Shown here: positions 40,576-49,964 of the stretch, in pieces | How positions within the stretch are numbered: the stretch's first letter is position 1 | Layout of the letters: the number at the start of each line of letters is the position of its first letter | Assembly (NCBI GenBank): GCA_964580205.1 | Contig: CAZOJZ010000458.1 | Coordinates: 3,298-67,297 of the forward strand | Direction: 5' to 3' | From: an uncultured Roseivirgaceae bacterium | GTDB taxonomy: Bacteria > Bacteroidota > Bacteroidia > Cytophagales > Cyclobacteriaceae | DNA: 64,000 bases | Notes under the pieces: model-generated | Database searches by the model: none | Told to the model about the DNA's origin: nothing | The model's input: only the letters and a program-made list of their open reading frames with translations | Program-made: the position numbers and the translations under genes

Positions 40576-40635
40576 AATTCTTGGTTTTAAATTTCCCTGA
40601 TCTCAGTTGAGTTAAGGGACTATTGATAAGTTTTA

Positions 40636-42141
40636 CTAACGTGTAATACTTCTGATAGATTTCCCACTGGACCTGCTGGGCAGACTACTGCTACGGCTGG
40701 GCGAGGGAGAACTGCTTCGAAACCGGCTGGGTGACGAACTCCTGCTGGGAGAACTGCTCCGAATCCTGCTGGGCGACGAACTCCTGCTGGGAGTACTGAC
40801 CCTGCCTGAAGAAGAACTTCTTCCATAGTTACTGCTGCCAACTTTACTTGGCGAGCTGCTTCGACGCGAATAGTTACTCCTGCTCCTTACCCCACTGGAA
40901 GCAGGACTTCTGTCGGGTGATTTGCCATATCTGGAAGAACCGGATTTTCTTGATAAGCTGGATGAATAACTTTTGTGATCTGTAGTACGCCTGGTTCTAA
41001 AATTACGATCAGGTGTTCGATAGGTATCCCTGTTGATGGTACGGCTTCGTTGCTGTAGACTGGAATTTGACGCAGTTCTTTCATTGATGTTTAATCCATT
41101 GTTCCTTGAATCCAAAGAATGCGTACGGAACCGGGTTTTGGATCCATCAACCTGGTCATATTGATTGAGGTCTCTGGTGCGCAAATTAGCGCCAGACTGA
41201 TCACGTTGAATTATCCTGTCGTTGTTTAGTGTCCTTTCGGAGACCTGTCTAACTGTATTATCGGCCCTGGATCGAATCGTACGTTTATTGTAGGTTGCAT
41301 CCGCTGTGTTACGCTCTCTTATGCCGTTATCGACTATGTAACTTGATCCTCGAGATGTCCTTGTTCCATAGCGTACATTTCCGGGATTGGAGTTTTCAAT
41401 GTTGTTTATTACTACAATATTGTTAGAGGCCCCATAGTATGAAGGGGGACACCAGGCACTACTGTAATAGCTTCTATAAGGACTGCCATACCCATACCCA
41501 TAACCATAGCCAAATCCACCACCGTAATAGAACGGATCATAATATCGACCGTAGTAAGATCCAAATCCAAACCCAAATCCTATACTAACAGATAATCCGG
41601 ACCGCCATGGTCTGTAAAAAGAGCTATAAGGACGATAGTAAGACCGGTAGGCAAATGGGCTGTACACGCCATAATAAGATCGGTATAAGGGATCAAATAA
41701 AGTACCTTGATAGAACAAGGGATCGCTCCAGAAAATGTCGTCAAAGTTATTGGAATAACTGGGACTGGTGTACCGTTTGGCGTAAGTTGAGTTGTTCTTG
41801 AGATAATCCTCAACAGCTTGCTGCAAGTATTCATCATCGTGATTTTCCACGTAGTATTCGTCTTCAGCATAACCGTTTTCAGTCTGAGCATCTTGCGGAA
41901 GACCGTAATCGGGATTTAATGTCTTTGAATTGTAGCCTGCACTAATACCACCGTTATTGGCTTGATCAGGTCTTTGGATTACTCCCGTGGTGCCTTCAAG
42001 GGGCATAATTGGGTATCGATCACCCTTATTAAAATACAGGTCGTCATATTCCGAAGTACCACTCTGAGCATATTTGCTTGAGGAACAGGAAAATATGCCA
42101 ATGGACAAGGTTAGAAGTAGTATCGATCGTAGAGGATTCAT
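40636..42141 (-). CDS. Low-complexity lipoprotein: Tyr/Gly-rich core and Ser/Arg-rich C-terminal tail (function unknown)
   Basis: It has a lipoprotein signal (LTLSIGIFSCSSS). Residues about 145-238 are Y/G/F/P/R/S-rich (GFGFGFGSYYGRYYDPFYYGGGFGYGYGYGYGSPYRSYY). Residues about 255-501 are R/S/T/N-rich and end in SSSPSR-type repeats. It lies 60 nt upstream of the barrel gene on the same strand. Confidence 0.6.
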   Translation of the reverse strand: MNPLRSILLLTLSIGIFSCSSSKYAQSGTSEYDDLYFNKGDRYPIMPLEGTTGVIQRPDQANNGGISAGYNSKTLNPDYGLPQDAQTENGYAEDEYYVENHDDEYLQQAVEDYLKNNSTYAKRYTSPSYSNNFDDIFWSDPLFYQGTLFDPLYRSYYGVYSPFAYRSYYRPYSSFYRPWRSGLSVSIGFGFGFGSYYGRYYDPFYYGGGFGYGYGYGYGSPYRSYYSSAWCPPSYYGASNNIVVINNIENSNPGNVRYGTRTSRGSSYIVDNGIRERNTADATYNKRTIRSRADNTVRQVSERTLNNDRIIQRDQSGANLRTRDLNQYDQVDGSKTRFRTHSLDSRNNGLNINERTASNSSLQQRSRTINRDTYRTPDRNFRTRRTTDHKSYSSSLSRKSGSSRYGKSPDRSPASSGVRSRSNYSRRSSSPSKVGSSNYGRSSSSGRVSTPSRSSSPSRIRSSSPSRSSSPSRFRSSSPSPSRSSSLPSRSSGKSIRSITR

Positions 42142-42200
42142 AAGCTATATCTTTATATACTGTAAATTACGAATTAAGATCGAAATAAGCTTTAAAAACT

Positions 42201-42208
42201 TATATTTG
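42201..42208 (+). promoter_or_regulatory. Candidate -7 box for proS (TATATTTG)
   Basis: It matches TAnnTTTG about 94 nt upstream of ATG 42302. That would place the heptamer element in the proS leader. Confidence 0.3.
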
Positions 42209-42262
42209 TCGAACCTAATTCAGGCGCTATAAATAATTAAGCAATTATGGTGCCATAATTTG

Positions 42263-42290
42263 TAATTCCTAATTCCTAATTTCTAATTTT
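42263..42290. repeat. 28-bp element of four AT-rich heptamers (TAATTCC TAATTCC TAATTTC TAATTTT), copy 2
   Basis: It is near-identical to 23077-23104. It lies 12 nt upstream of the proS start in a divergent intergenic region. Confidence 0.6.
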
Positions 42291-42301
42291 CCGAAAGTAA
42301 A

Positions 42302-43777
42302 ATGAGTAAAGGGTTACCTAAAAGAAGTGAAGACTATTCGCTGTGGTACAATGAGTTGGTAAAGAAAGCAGACCTGGCTGAGAATTCACCGGTCAGAGGT
42401 TGTATGATTATAAAGCCTTATGGCTTTGCCATCTGGGAAAAAATGCAGGCGAAATTGGATCAGATGTTTAAGGAAACCGGTCATAGCAATGTGTACTTTC
42501 CCATTTTTATTCCAAAGTCGTATCTCAGCAAGGAGGCAGACCATATAGAAGGGTTTGCCAAAGAGTGTGCGGTAGTGACACATTATCGCTTGAAACAAGC
42601 GGAGGGTAAAAAGGGATTAGTAGTAGACCCTGAAGCTAAGTTGGAAGAGGAACTGATCATTCGACCTACATCAGAAACGGTAATCTGGCATACTTATCGT
42701 AACTGGATTCAATCCTATAGGGACCTGCCACTGAAATTAAATCAGTGGGCCAATGTAGTGCGATGGGAGATGCGTACCAGACTGTTCTTACGAACTACTG
42801 AGTTCTTATGGCAAGAAGGACATACCGCACATGCTACCAATGAAGAGGCTAAAGAAGAAACGCTCAAGATGCTTCAGGTCTATACGGAATTTGTCCAGGA
42901 TTATATGGCCCTACCGGTGATTCAGGGAGTCAAAACAGAATCTGAGCGATTCGCCGGAGCGGTCGACACCTATTGTATCGAAGCCCTGATGCAAGATGGC
43001 CGGGCATTACAAGTTGGTACTTCTCATTTTCTTGGACAAAACTTTGCCAAGGCGTTTGAGGTAAAATTTGCTACCAAAGAGGGAGGACTCGAATACGTGT
43101 GGGGAACTTCCTGGGGGGTCAGCACTCGTTTAATGGGGGCTCTGATTATGGCCCATTCAGACGACAAAGGTTTAATTCTTCCACCCCGTCTGGCGCCAAT
43201 TCAGGCGGTAATCATTCCGATATTCAAGAGTGAGGAGCAGCTAGAAGCGATATCAGCAGCCGTTCAGGGAATTATTCATCAGTTGAAAGAGCTGAATATC
43301 TCCGTAAAATACGACGATAGAGATACCCACAAGCCTGGTTGGAAATTCGCTGAATATGAGTTGAAAGGTGTTCCGGTAAGAATTGCCATGGGCCCCAGGG
43401 ACCTTGAGAATTCAACTGCCGAGATAGTTCGCAGGGATACCTCAGAAAAGCAAACCTATAGCCTGCAGGACATCGGTAAAATTATACAACACATGCTGAG
43501 TGAAATGCAAAATAACATTTACCAGAAGGCGCTGAAGTTTCGCGACCAAAATATTACCACCGTGGACTCTTACCAGAAGTTTAAAGAGGTCCTGGATACA
43601 AAAGGCGGATTTGTCAGGGCACATTGGGATGGAACTGCTGAAACTGAACAACGAATCAAGGATGAAACAAAGGCAACCATTCGATGTATTCCTATTAATG
43701 AGGAAACCAGGGCAGGCATATGCATTTATTCCGGCAAATCATCCAGTCAGGAGGTGATCTTTGCCAAAGCGTATTGA
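42302..43777 (+). CDS. proS: Proline-tRNA ligase (archaeal/eukaryote-like class IIa form)
   Basis: The N-terminus reads [15 protein letters not shown]. Class II motifs are present ([31 protein letters not shown]). Length is 491 aa and the C-terminus ends ...AKAY. Confidence 0.9.
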   Translation: MSKGLPKRSEDYSLWYNELVKKADLAENSPVRGCMIIKPYGFAIWEKMQAKLDQMFKETGHSNVYFPIFIPKSYLSKEADHIEGFAKECAVVTHYRLKQAEGKKGLVVDPEAKLEEELIIRPTSETVIWHTYRNWIQSYRDLPLKLNQWANVVRWEMRTRLFLRTTEFLWQEGHTAHATNEEAKEETLKMLQVYTEFVQDYMALPVIQGVKTESERFAGAVDTYCIEALMQDGRALQVGTSHFLGQNFAKAFEVKFATKEGGLEYVWGTSWGVSTRLMGALIMAHSDDKGLILPPRLAPIQAVIIPIFKSEEQLEAISAAVQGIIHQLKELNISVKYDDRDTHKPGWKFAEYELKGVPVRIAMGPRDLENSTAEIVRRDTSEKQTYSLQDIGKIIQHMLSEMQNNIYQKALKFRDQNITTVDSYQKFKEVLDTKGGFVRAHWDGTAETEQRIKDETKATIRCIPINEETRAGICIYSGKSSSQEVIFAKAY

Positions 43778-43800
43778 TTGTTTGCCAATAACGATTTTAG

Positions 43801-43808
43801 TAGCTTTG
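43801..43808 (+). promoter_or_regulatory. Candidate promoter for nfeD-floA (-7 box TAGCTTTG, TTG 16 nt upstream)
   Basis: It matches TAnnTTTG 24 nt before ATG 43832. A TTG at 43782-43784 is at plausible -33 spacing. Confidence 0.4.
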
Positions 43809-43831
43809 ACAAATAACCTGGGCACTGATAA

Positions 43832-44299
43832 ATGGCTGATTGGATTTCCATAGTATTGCTGATACTTTGTGGCGTGGCTTTTATAATTATTGAGCTAATA
43901 TTTGTTCCTGGAATTACTGTATTGGGTATTCTGGGGCTAGCAGCATTGGTTGGAGGCGTTTCTATGAGTTTTACAAGTTTCGGCCGTGAAACCGGTTATT
44001 GGATTTTAGCCGGCACTTTGATATTCTCAATTTTGGCCTTGGTTTATAGCCTTCGCGCTGGGACCTGGCAAAGATTCGCCTTAAAATCAAGCATAGACAG
44101 CAAGGTTAATGAGCATGAAAAGTCAGATCTTCGCGTGGGAATGAAGGGTAAGTCGATCTCAGATTTGCGCCCCATGGGAACTGCCGAATTTCTTGATAAA
44201 TTATACGAAGTACAAACCAATGGCAATTACCTGGAAGCGGGAAATATGCTGGAAATTGCTATCTTGGCAGATAATAAAATAATTGTAAAATCTATTTAA
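43832..44299 (+). CDS. NfeD family membrane protein
   Basis: N-terminal TM helices precede a C-terminal OB-fold-like soluble domain ([18 protein letters not shown]...YEV). It sits immediately upstream of a flotillin-like gene, the classic NfeD-SPFH pairing. Confidence 0.7.
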   Translation: MADWISIVLLILCGVAFIIIELIFVPGITVLGILGLAALVGGVSMSFTSFGRETGYWILAGTLIFSILALVYSLRAGTWQRFALKSSIDSKVNEHEKSDLRVGMKGKSISDLRPMGTAEFLDKLYEVQTNGNYLEAGNMLEIAILADNKIIVKSI

Positions 44300-44306
44300 T
44301 AAACGT

Positions 44307-45308
44307 ATGGATCTTTTTTCTTTGATTGGCATCTTTCTGGCGATAATACTGGTATTTATATTTTTGTACTTTATCCCGGTAAACCTTTGGATCACTGCTC
44401 GTTTTTCGGGAGTAAAAGTGGGGTTACTTGAACTTATGTTTATGCGCATCCGTAAGGTACCACCTGGGGTTATCGTCAGGGAAATGATAACGGCTATTAA
44501 AGCAGGTATACCAGTAACTACTACTGATCTGGAAACCCATTATCTGGCAGGCGGTAACGTGCCAAGTGTTATAAAGGCCTTGATCTCTGCGGACAAAGCC
44601 AATATCAGTCTTACATTTAAACAGGCAACGGCAATCGATCTTGCCGGTCGTGATGTTTTCGAAGCAGTGCAGCTATCAGTAAACCCAAAAGTGATTAATA
44701 CACCATCTGTTTCTGCAGTAGCGGGAGATGGCATACAACTTTTGGCCAAAGCCAGGGTAACCGTTCGGGCCAATATTTCCAGGTTAGTGGGTGGCGCTGG
44801 AGAAGAAACCATACTTGCCAGGGTAGGGGAAGGTATTGTAACCTCTATTGGTTCCGCCGCAAAATATACCGACGTGTTGGAGAACCCTGACAACATCTCC
44901 AAATTGGTATTGGACAGGGGCCTGGATGCGGGGACTGCTTTTGAAATCCTGTCTATTGATATTGCCGACGTGGATGTTCCCAAGGTAGATGCCAATATAG
45001 GGGCAAAAATTCAAATAGATCAGGCCAGGTCAGACCTTAAAGTTGCAGAGGCCAAAGCTGAAGAGCGCAGGGCCATGGCAGTAGCCAAAGAGCAGGAGAT
45101 GAAAGCACTAAGCCAGGAGATGCGCGCACGGGTAATAGAAGCGGAGGCTGAAGTGCCGAGGGCTATGGCCGAAGCTTTCCGCAAAGGGAATCTTGGCATA
45201 ATGGACTATTATCGCATGAAGAACATTGAGGCGGATACCGGAATGAGAGATTCAATTTCTAAGGCAGGTGATTCTGACGAAGGAAAAGGACCTGAAAAAG
45301 ATGCTTAA
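44307..45308 (+). CDS. floA: Flotillin-like protein FloA (SPFH domain)
   Basis: It has an N-terminal hairpin anchor, an SPFH core and a coiled Ala/Glu-rich C-terminus ([21 protein letters not shown]...). Length of 333 aa is typical of FloA/YqfA. Confidence 0.85.
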   Translation: MDLFSLIGIFLAIILVFIFLYFIPVNLWITARFSGVKVGLLELMFMRIRKVPPGVIVREMITAIKAGIPVTTTDLETHYLAGGNVPSVIKALISADKANISLTFKQATAIDLAGRDVFEAVQLSVNPKVINTPSVSAVAGDGIQLLAKARVTVRANISRLVGGAGEETILARVGEGIVTSIGSAAKYTDVLENPDNISKLVLDRGLDAGTAFEILSIDIADVDVPKVDANIGAKIQIDQARSDLKVAEAKAEERRAMAVAKEQEMKALSQEMRARVIEAEAEVPRAMAEAFRKGNLGIMDYYRMKNIEADTGMRDSISKAGDSDEGKGPEKDA

Positions 45309-45313
45309 CCGGG

Positions 45314-47470
45314 TTAAAGCTTGATGATGTCCCAGGGATATTTCCTGGTCAAAAGGTAAATATCATTAAACTGGTCGTAAATTAGTTCATCATATACCAT
45401 TGGTATCAACTTCTTTCCTTGTTTATCGATAAGCCCTTGCTTGCCGTTTTTGAAGGCTTTTATCAGGCCGTTTTCAAGAGTTTGCAGACTGCTGTATCCG
45501 GGATACAATAGTACTTTACCAGTTATGTCAACTATCCCGGTTCTTTGACCCTGATAGCAAAAGAATTGTCCTTCCGGAAGTCGTTCCAGTCGATCATACT
45601 CCAAAGCAAGAATCACTTTCCCGGCTTTGTTGATTAACCCAAATCTTTGGTTTTGAGAGACGATTGCAAGGTCATTAATAAAGTGGTCCACAGTCTCGTA
45701 CAAAGGCTGCACTTTCAATCGTTCCAATCGATCTACATATCCCCATTTCCCATTTAACTTCACCGGTGACATATCTTCATTGAAAACGCCAATATCCTCA
45801 TATCGATTGGCAATACGGAGCTTTCCATTGACATCTACGAATCCATATTGATCGTTGATTCGCACCCCTATATATCCCTGGTCCAGGGTTCTCATTTCCT
45901 GGATTCCAGGATCTCGGGTGAAGGTGCGCTGGGAGATGTTAAAAATACCTTTTCCGTCTTCGTCCTCAAATTGATAGTATTGGGGATCTTCCTTGAAAAC
46001 GCTAATCTTTTGGTATTGTAAAGAAAGCATCTGCTCACCTGCTAATGAGATTAAACCATATTGTTGGTCGTTGTTCTGTTCTATTACCCCGGTTTCTGTG
46101 GATTTAAGTTGGTTAGGTGTTTGGTAAACTACCTCCTGACTGGTATTTACTAATCCGTAATGTGTGTCGGTCCTAAACAGGTAAGTGTCCTTAGTTATTT
46201 TTTCAAGCTTGATAAAACGAGGTTTTATTAGCCAGTTTCCGGATTTATCAATCAGCCCCCAGCTTCCCAGGTAATTTGCATAAGCCACTTCCTCTTCGAA
46301 GTCAGTTACTTCCTGGTATTGAGGTGGTATTACTTCTGCGCCATTGTTATCTGTAAAGCCCCAGCTGTTCTGTCTTTTAACAGGAAACAGTCCTTCTGTT
46401 GCAGGTCTTATTTCCTGGTATTCCCTTATGGTAACCTTTTGTAACTCCGAATTTAGCAGGTCCCATTTGCCTTCCTGAAATTCCACACCCAGAAAATAGT
46501 CCTTGATCCAAACTGATTTGTTGGCGGTGGGAATCAGTATCTTTCCAACAGCGTTGATCACCCCAAACTTGCCACCGCTCTTAATAATCGCCTTACCATT
46601 AGTGAATTCCGAAACTTGAGATTGCGGAAAGGATTTCACCACTTGTCCCTGGGCGTTTAACAGTTGACTATTTTCTATACCCAACCCCACCAAAACGCCC
46701 TGCCCGGCCTTTTTTAGGTTTTTCAATCGATGAGTGGCCAAAAGTTGGTTTTGGGCGTTTTTTATTTCGTAGGTATCAAGCATTTTGCCGCGAAATTCCC
46801 TGCCCTTTAGTTCGATTACATGATATTTGGGTGGAACAAGTACTTGACCGGAGGAATTAATCAATCCACTCATTTCCTGATCAATGATTATCGCATATTG
46901 ATTGTTTAGGGGTTTAATCAAGGAGTATTCGTATGGAAGGACCTCCTGAAAGGAGAAGTTAATCAATCCGTATTTCCATTCGGAATCCACTTTTTTAGAG
47001 GAAACAATTAGGTTGTTGAATATGTGCAGTAGCCTATATTCAAAGTCTAATACCACAATCCCGTTTAGGTCTGTAATTCCGTAGCGCTCTTCCTGAGGTA
47101 TTACCTCAAATCTGGAAGCCACAATCAGTTGTCTGTTAAGAGGATATAAGTTGAAGTAGTTGGGGGCGGTTATTTTCTTGTTTTCCAGGGTTATCAAGCC
47201 CCACAACCCATCTTGCTTATATCCAAGCACATCATCAAGCGGATGAAACTCACCAATGGACCAACCCAGATCATCATATTCTGCTGGAATAACAACTTTG
47301 TCTTTTGAGTTACGCAGACCTTTTTTATTGTTAACCTGGAAAATAAAATAATCTTCCTCTGTGGTTTTTGCGGATAATTTGCTCGGGGTTAAGAACAGGA
47401 AAATCAAAAAGACCACCCAAAGAAAAGGTTGGATTTTATGATTGTTTAATCTATGAAGAATACTTTCCAC
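45314..47470 (-). CDS. WG-repeat (KWG-type) containing secreted protein
   Basis: At least 14 copies of an approximately 40-aa repeat carry the core [WYF]G[LFIVY][IVT][DN]..G..[LIV].P.[YF] (for example LWGLITLENKKITAPNY, KWGYVDRLERLKVQPLY). It has an N-terminal signal/anchor and a GTG start. Confidence 0.7.
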   Translation of the reverse strand: MESILHRLNNHKIQPFLWVVFLIFLFLTPSKLSAKTTEEDYFIFQVNNKKGLRNSKDKVVIPAEYDDLGWSIGEFHPLDDVLGYKQDGLWGLITLENKKITAPNYFNLYPLNRQLIVASRFEVIPQEERYGITDLNGIVVLDFEYRLLHIFNNLIVSSKKVDSEWKYGLINFSFQEVLPYEYSLIKPLNNQYAIIIDQEMSGLINSSGQVLVPPKYHVIELKGREFRGKMLDTYEIKNAQNQLLATHRLKNLKKAGQGVLVGLGIENSQLLNAQGQVVKSFPQSQVSEFTNGKAIIKSGGKFGVINAVGKILIPTANKSVWIKDYFLGVEFQEGKWDLLNSELQKVTIREYQEIRPATEGLFPVKRQNSWGFTDNNGAEVIPPQYQEVTDFEEEVAYANYLGSWGLIDKSGNWLIKPRFIKLEKITKDTYLFRTDTHYGLVNTSQEVVYQTPNQLKSTETGVIEQNNDQQYGLISLAGEQMLSLQYQKISVFKEDPQYYQFEDEDGKGIFNISQRTFTRDPGIQEMRTLDQGYIGVRINDQYGFVDVNGKLRIANRYEDIGVFNEDMSPVKLNGKWGYVDRLERLKVQPLYETVDHFINDLAIVSQNQRFGLINKAGKVILALEYDRLERLPEGQFFCYQGQRTGIVDITGKVLLYPGYSSLQTLENGLIKAFKNGKQGLIDKQGKKLIPMVYDELIYDQFNDIYLLTRKYPWDIIKL

Positions 47471-47550
47471 TCAGGTCTCGATTACATCTAAATTCACGCA
47501 ATTAATGGATAAGTGAGGAGATTGCCAAGTGGATAGGCTTGAGTTTAAGG

Positions 47551-47580
47551 TAAAAACTTACAGGTCTTAGAAAGCCTGTA
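47551..47580 (-). terminator. Possible intrinsic terminator after hemA
   Basis: On the minus-strand RNA, UACAGG-N10-CCUGUA is followed by AGUUUUUA, directly after the hemA stop. The stem is only 6 bp. Confidence 0.35.
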
Positions 47581-48867
47581 TTATTTCTTTTCCGGTGATA
47601 TAGTTTCTTTTTCCAGATTAAAAAGGTCGTTTAGAACATCGATCAGAGTTTCAGCATCACCCCTTCTACAGGCTGCCTTCAATTGAAGCACTGGTAACTT
47701 AATCACCTTTTGCATGATACTCTTGGTCAATTTCTCCATCATAACGGTTTCATCATTCGAAGTATCCTTTAAATATCTGGCGATTTCCTCCTTCCTGATC
47801 TGCTCTAATGCATTCTTTAACTTATTGATAGTAGGATTAACACTCATGTCCTTGCTCCAATCATCAAAGTCAGCAACAGCCTCTGCCAAAAGGGATTCCA
47901 CTTTCGGGATGGATGATAAACGGCGCTTTAAGGCTTCATCGGCACGGGACTGAATATCGTCGATGTTGTATAGCAGTACTCCATTGACCTCCTCAATCCC
48001 GGTATCCACGCTGCGAGGTACACTTAGATCTATAAAGTACTTAAAATTGCTAATAGGCAATTTGGATAGAAGCTCCTTGTCAATCAATAAATTGTGACTA
48101 TTGGCCGCGGTAACCACCAAATCAACTTCAGGAAGGTAATCTTTTACACAATCGAAAGGAACGGCCCTAAAGCCGCATGCTTCGGCTAGTTTATCAGCTT
48201 TTTTCGCTGTACGGTTTGCCAGTAACACCTGGTAATTCTGAAAGTTCTTATGATCTGAAATGTTCAAACACAAATCACTACCCACATTTCCCAACCCAAT
48301 GATCATTACACTTGGGGCCTCCAGATTAACCGTAAGTTCGGCAATTAATTCAAGTGTGGCATAACTGATGGAAGCAGCTCCATCTCTAAATGCAGTCTCC
48401 TGCACCACTTTTTTATTGATAAAGAAAGCTGTGTGTAATAAACGATGCAGGAAAGGTCCTGCCATGTCCGTATCAGCCGATAATTGATAGGCCGCTTTCA
48501 CCTGATTTGTAATTTGCATGTCCCCAACAATTTGGGACTCCAAGCCAATAGCCACCCTGAACAAATGCTTTACGGCTTTGAGATGATCAGTGATATTCTC
48601 AAAATAACTTTCGAAGTCTGCAGCGTCTTCAAGGTTGTTTTGTAAAGCCAGGATCTTAATCAATTCTACACTTAGATCTTCATCTGAACCGTAATAAATT
48701 TCGCTTCGGTTACAGGTTGATAAAACCAAAACATCCCGTAGAGCAAAAAGATCTAGAATACGTTCCAGAACCTGAACAGTTCCCTCCTGGTTTAAAGCCA
48801 TACGTTCCCTTACTTCCACTGTGGCGGTTTTATGGGAAATACTAATGACTTTGAAATGATTGTGCAT
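47581..48867 (-). CDS. hemA: Glutamyl-tRNA reductase
   Basis: The N-terminus reads ISISHKTATVEVRE and the catalytic Cys context is LSTCNRSEIY. An NADPH motif is present (IIGLGNVGS). ATG at 48867 is preferred because a -7 box overlaps the upstream TTG alternative. Confidence 0.85.
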   Translation of the reverse strand: MHNHFKVISISHKTATVEVRERMALNQEGTVQVLERILDLFALRDVLVLSTCNRSEIYYGSDEDLSVELIKILALQNNLEDAADFESYFENITDHLKAVKHLFRVAIGLESQIVGDMQITNQVKAAYQLSADTDMAGPFLHRLLHTAFFINKKVVQETAFRDGAASISYATLELIAELTVNLEAPSVMIIGLGNVGSDLCLNISDHKNFQNYQVLLANRTAKKADKLAEACGFRAVPFDCVKDYLPEVDLVVTAANSHNLLIDKELLSKLPISNFKYFIDLSVPRSVDTGIEEVNGVLLYNIDDIQSRADEALKRRLSSIPKVESLLAEAVADFDDWSKDMSVNPTINKLKNALEQIRKEEIARYLKDTSNDETVMMEKLTKSIMQKVIKLPVLQLKAACRRGDAETLIDVLNDLFNLEKETISPEKK

Positions 48868-48888
48868 GGATACTTCGCGACTGACGGT

Positions 48889-48896
48889 CAAAGTTA
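48889..48896 (-). promoter_or_regulatory. Candidate -7 box for hemA (TAACTTTG)
   Basis: It matches TAnnTTTG on the minus strand, 22 nt upstream of ATG 48867. Confidence 0.4.
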
Positions 48897-49034
48897 AGAT
48901 GAAAAGCTATAAATTAAACTTTTTCCAAGTTATTTATAATCGTTCTACGTCATAACTTCAGTTCAGGCTTAAAAAGTTCATAAAAAATCCAATTTGAGCC
49001 TGTCATAAGCTATTATCCAGGTAAATTTCTCGAT

Positions 49035-49925
49035 TTGTACAAAGCAATAATACTTTGGATCCGCAGCTGTTTTGGGTTTTCCAGAACGGAGGCAAACGGT
49101 TACCTGGTGCTGATAGCCTTACTTATGGTTGTTCATTTTGGGGTAACACGATTCCCTTCCGCCCGGCAATTCGACCTTGAAGATCCCGCATTTCTGGATA
49201 GTATATCTCAGATTCTTACAACATTTCAAGACAGTATTCCCCTAAAGACTAACTCCATACGTTCATTCGATCCCAATACAGTTGCCTATGACAGTCTGAT
49301 CTCATGGGGATTAAGAACATTTGTAGCTGCTAATATTATCAAATATAGAGAGGCAGGAGGACGTTTCGGTCGACCGGAGGATCTTAAAAAGCTTTTTGGA
49401 ATGACGGACTCTATTTGGCTTGCACTTAGTCCGTGGATTGACCTTCAGCCTGTGAATATGGTATCGAATGCTAATAAGCAAACACCACAAAGGCAATATT
49501 CTAAAGAAAGAACTCATCAAAACCCCACCCGGAAAGACCTGAATCAGGTTGACAGTGTTTGGCTAAAGAGCATTTATGGTATAGGGCCGGTATTGAGTAA
49601 GCGTATCGTAAAGTATAGAAATTTATTGGGTGGATTTTACTCAACCGAACAGCTTAATGAGGTTTACGGTCTGTCACCAGAAGCGCTATCTAACCTCAAA
49701 GAGAAAATTTTTGTTCAATCTGATGCTCATCTGAGCAAGATCAACTTAAATACTGAGGGCTTTAAACGAATTGCCTCACACCCCTATATTTCATTCAATC
49801 TGGCTAAGGCCATAATAAACTACAGAGATCAACATGGGGCTTTTAATAGTGCTGGAGAATTAAAAAAAATACATATAATCAACGATAGTACTTATCTTAG
49901 GGTTTATCCATATTTGGATTTTTGA
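49035..49925 (+). CDS. Membrane-anchored protein with three ComEA-like helix-hairpin-helix DNA-binding modules
   Basis: An N-terminal TM helix is followed by three repeats of the ComEA-type pattern (..A..I..YR...G.F....EL..V.G...). Examples are LKSIYGIGPVLSKRIVKYRNLLGGFYSTEQLNEVYGLS and FNLAKAIINYRDQHGAFNSAGELKKI. The start is TTG. Confidence 0.6.
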   Translation: MYKAIILWIRSCFGFSRTEANGYLVLIALLMVVHFGVTRFPSARQFDLEDPAFLDSISQILTTFQDSIPLKTNSIRSFDPNTVAYDSLISWGLRTFVAANIIKYREAGGRFGRPEDLKKLFGMTDSIWLALSPWIDLQPVNMVSNANKQTPQRQYSKERTHQNPTRKDLNQVDSVWLKSIYGIGPVLSKRIVKYRNLLGGFYSTEQLNEVYGLSPEALSNLKEKIFVQSDAHLSKINLNTEGFKRIASHPYISFNLAKAIINYRDQHGAFNSAGELKKIHIINDSTYLRVYPYLDF

Positions 49926-49964
49926 TTTCGGCCTATATTTTTAGAATTTGACCTCTATTCAATC

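Noticed and set aside
40620-40841. A 73-aa antisense ORF (PAGVRRPAGF repeats) opposite the Ser/Arg-rich tail.
   Set aside because: It is a mirror image of the coding repeats of the 501-aa lipoprotein gene. The sense ORF is continuous from a lipoprotein signal peptide.
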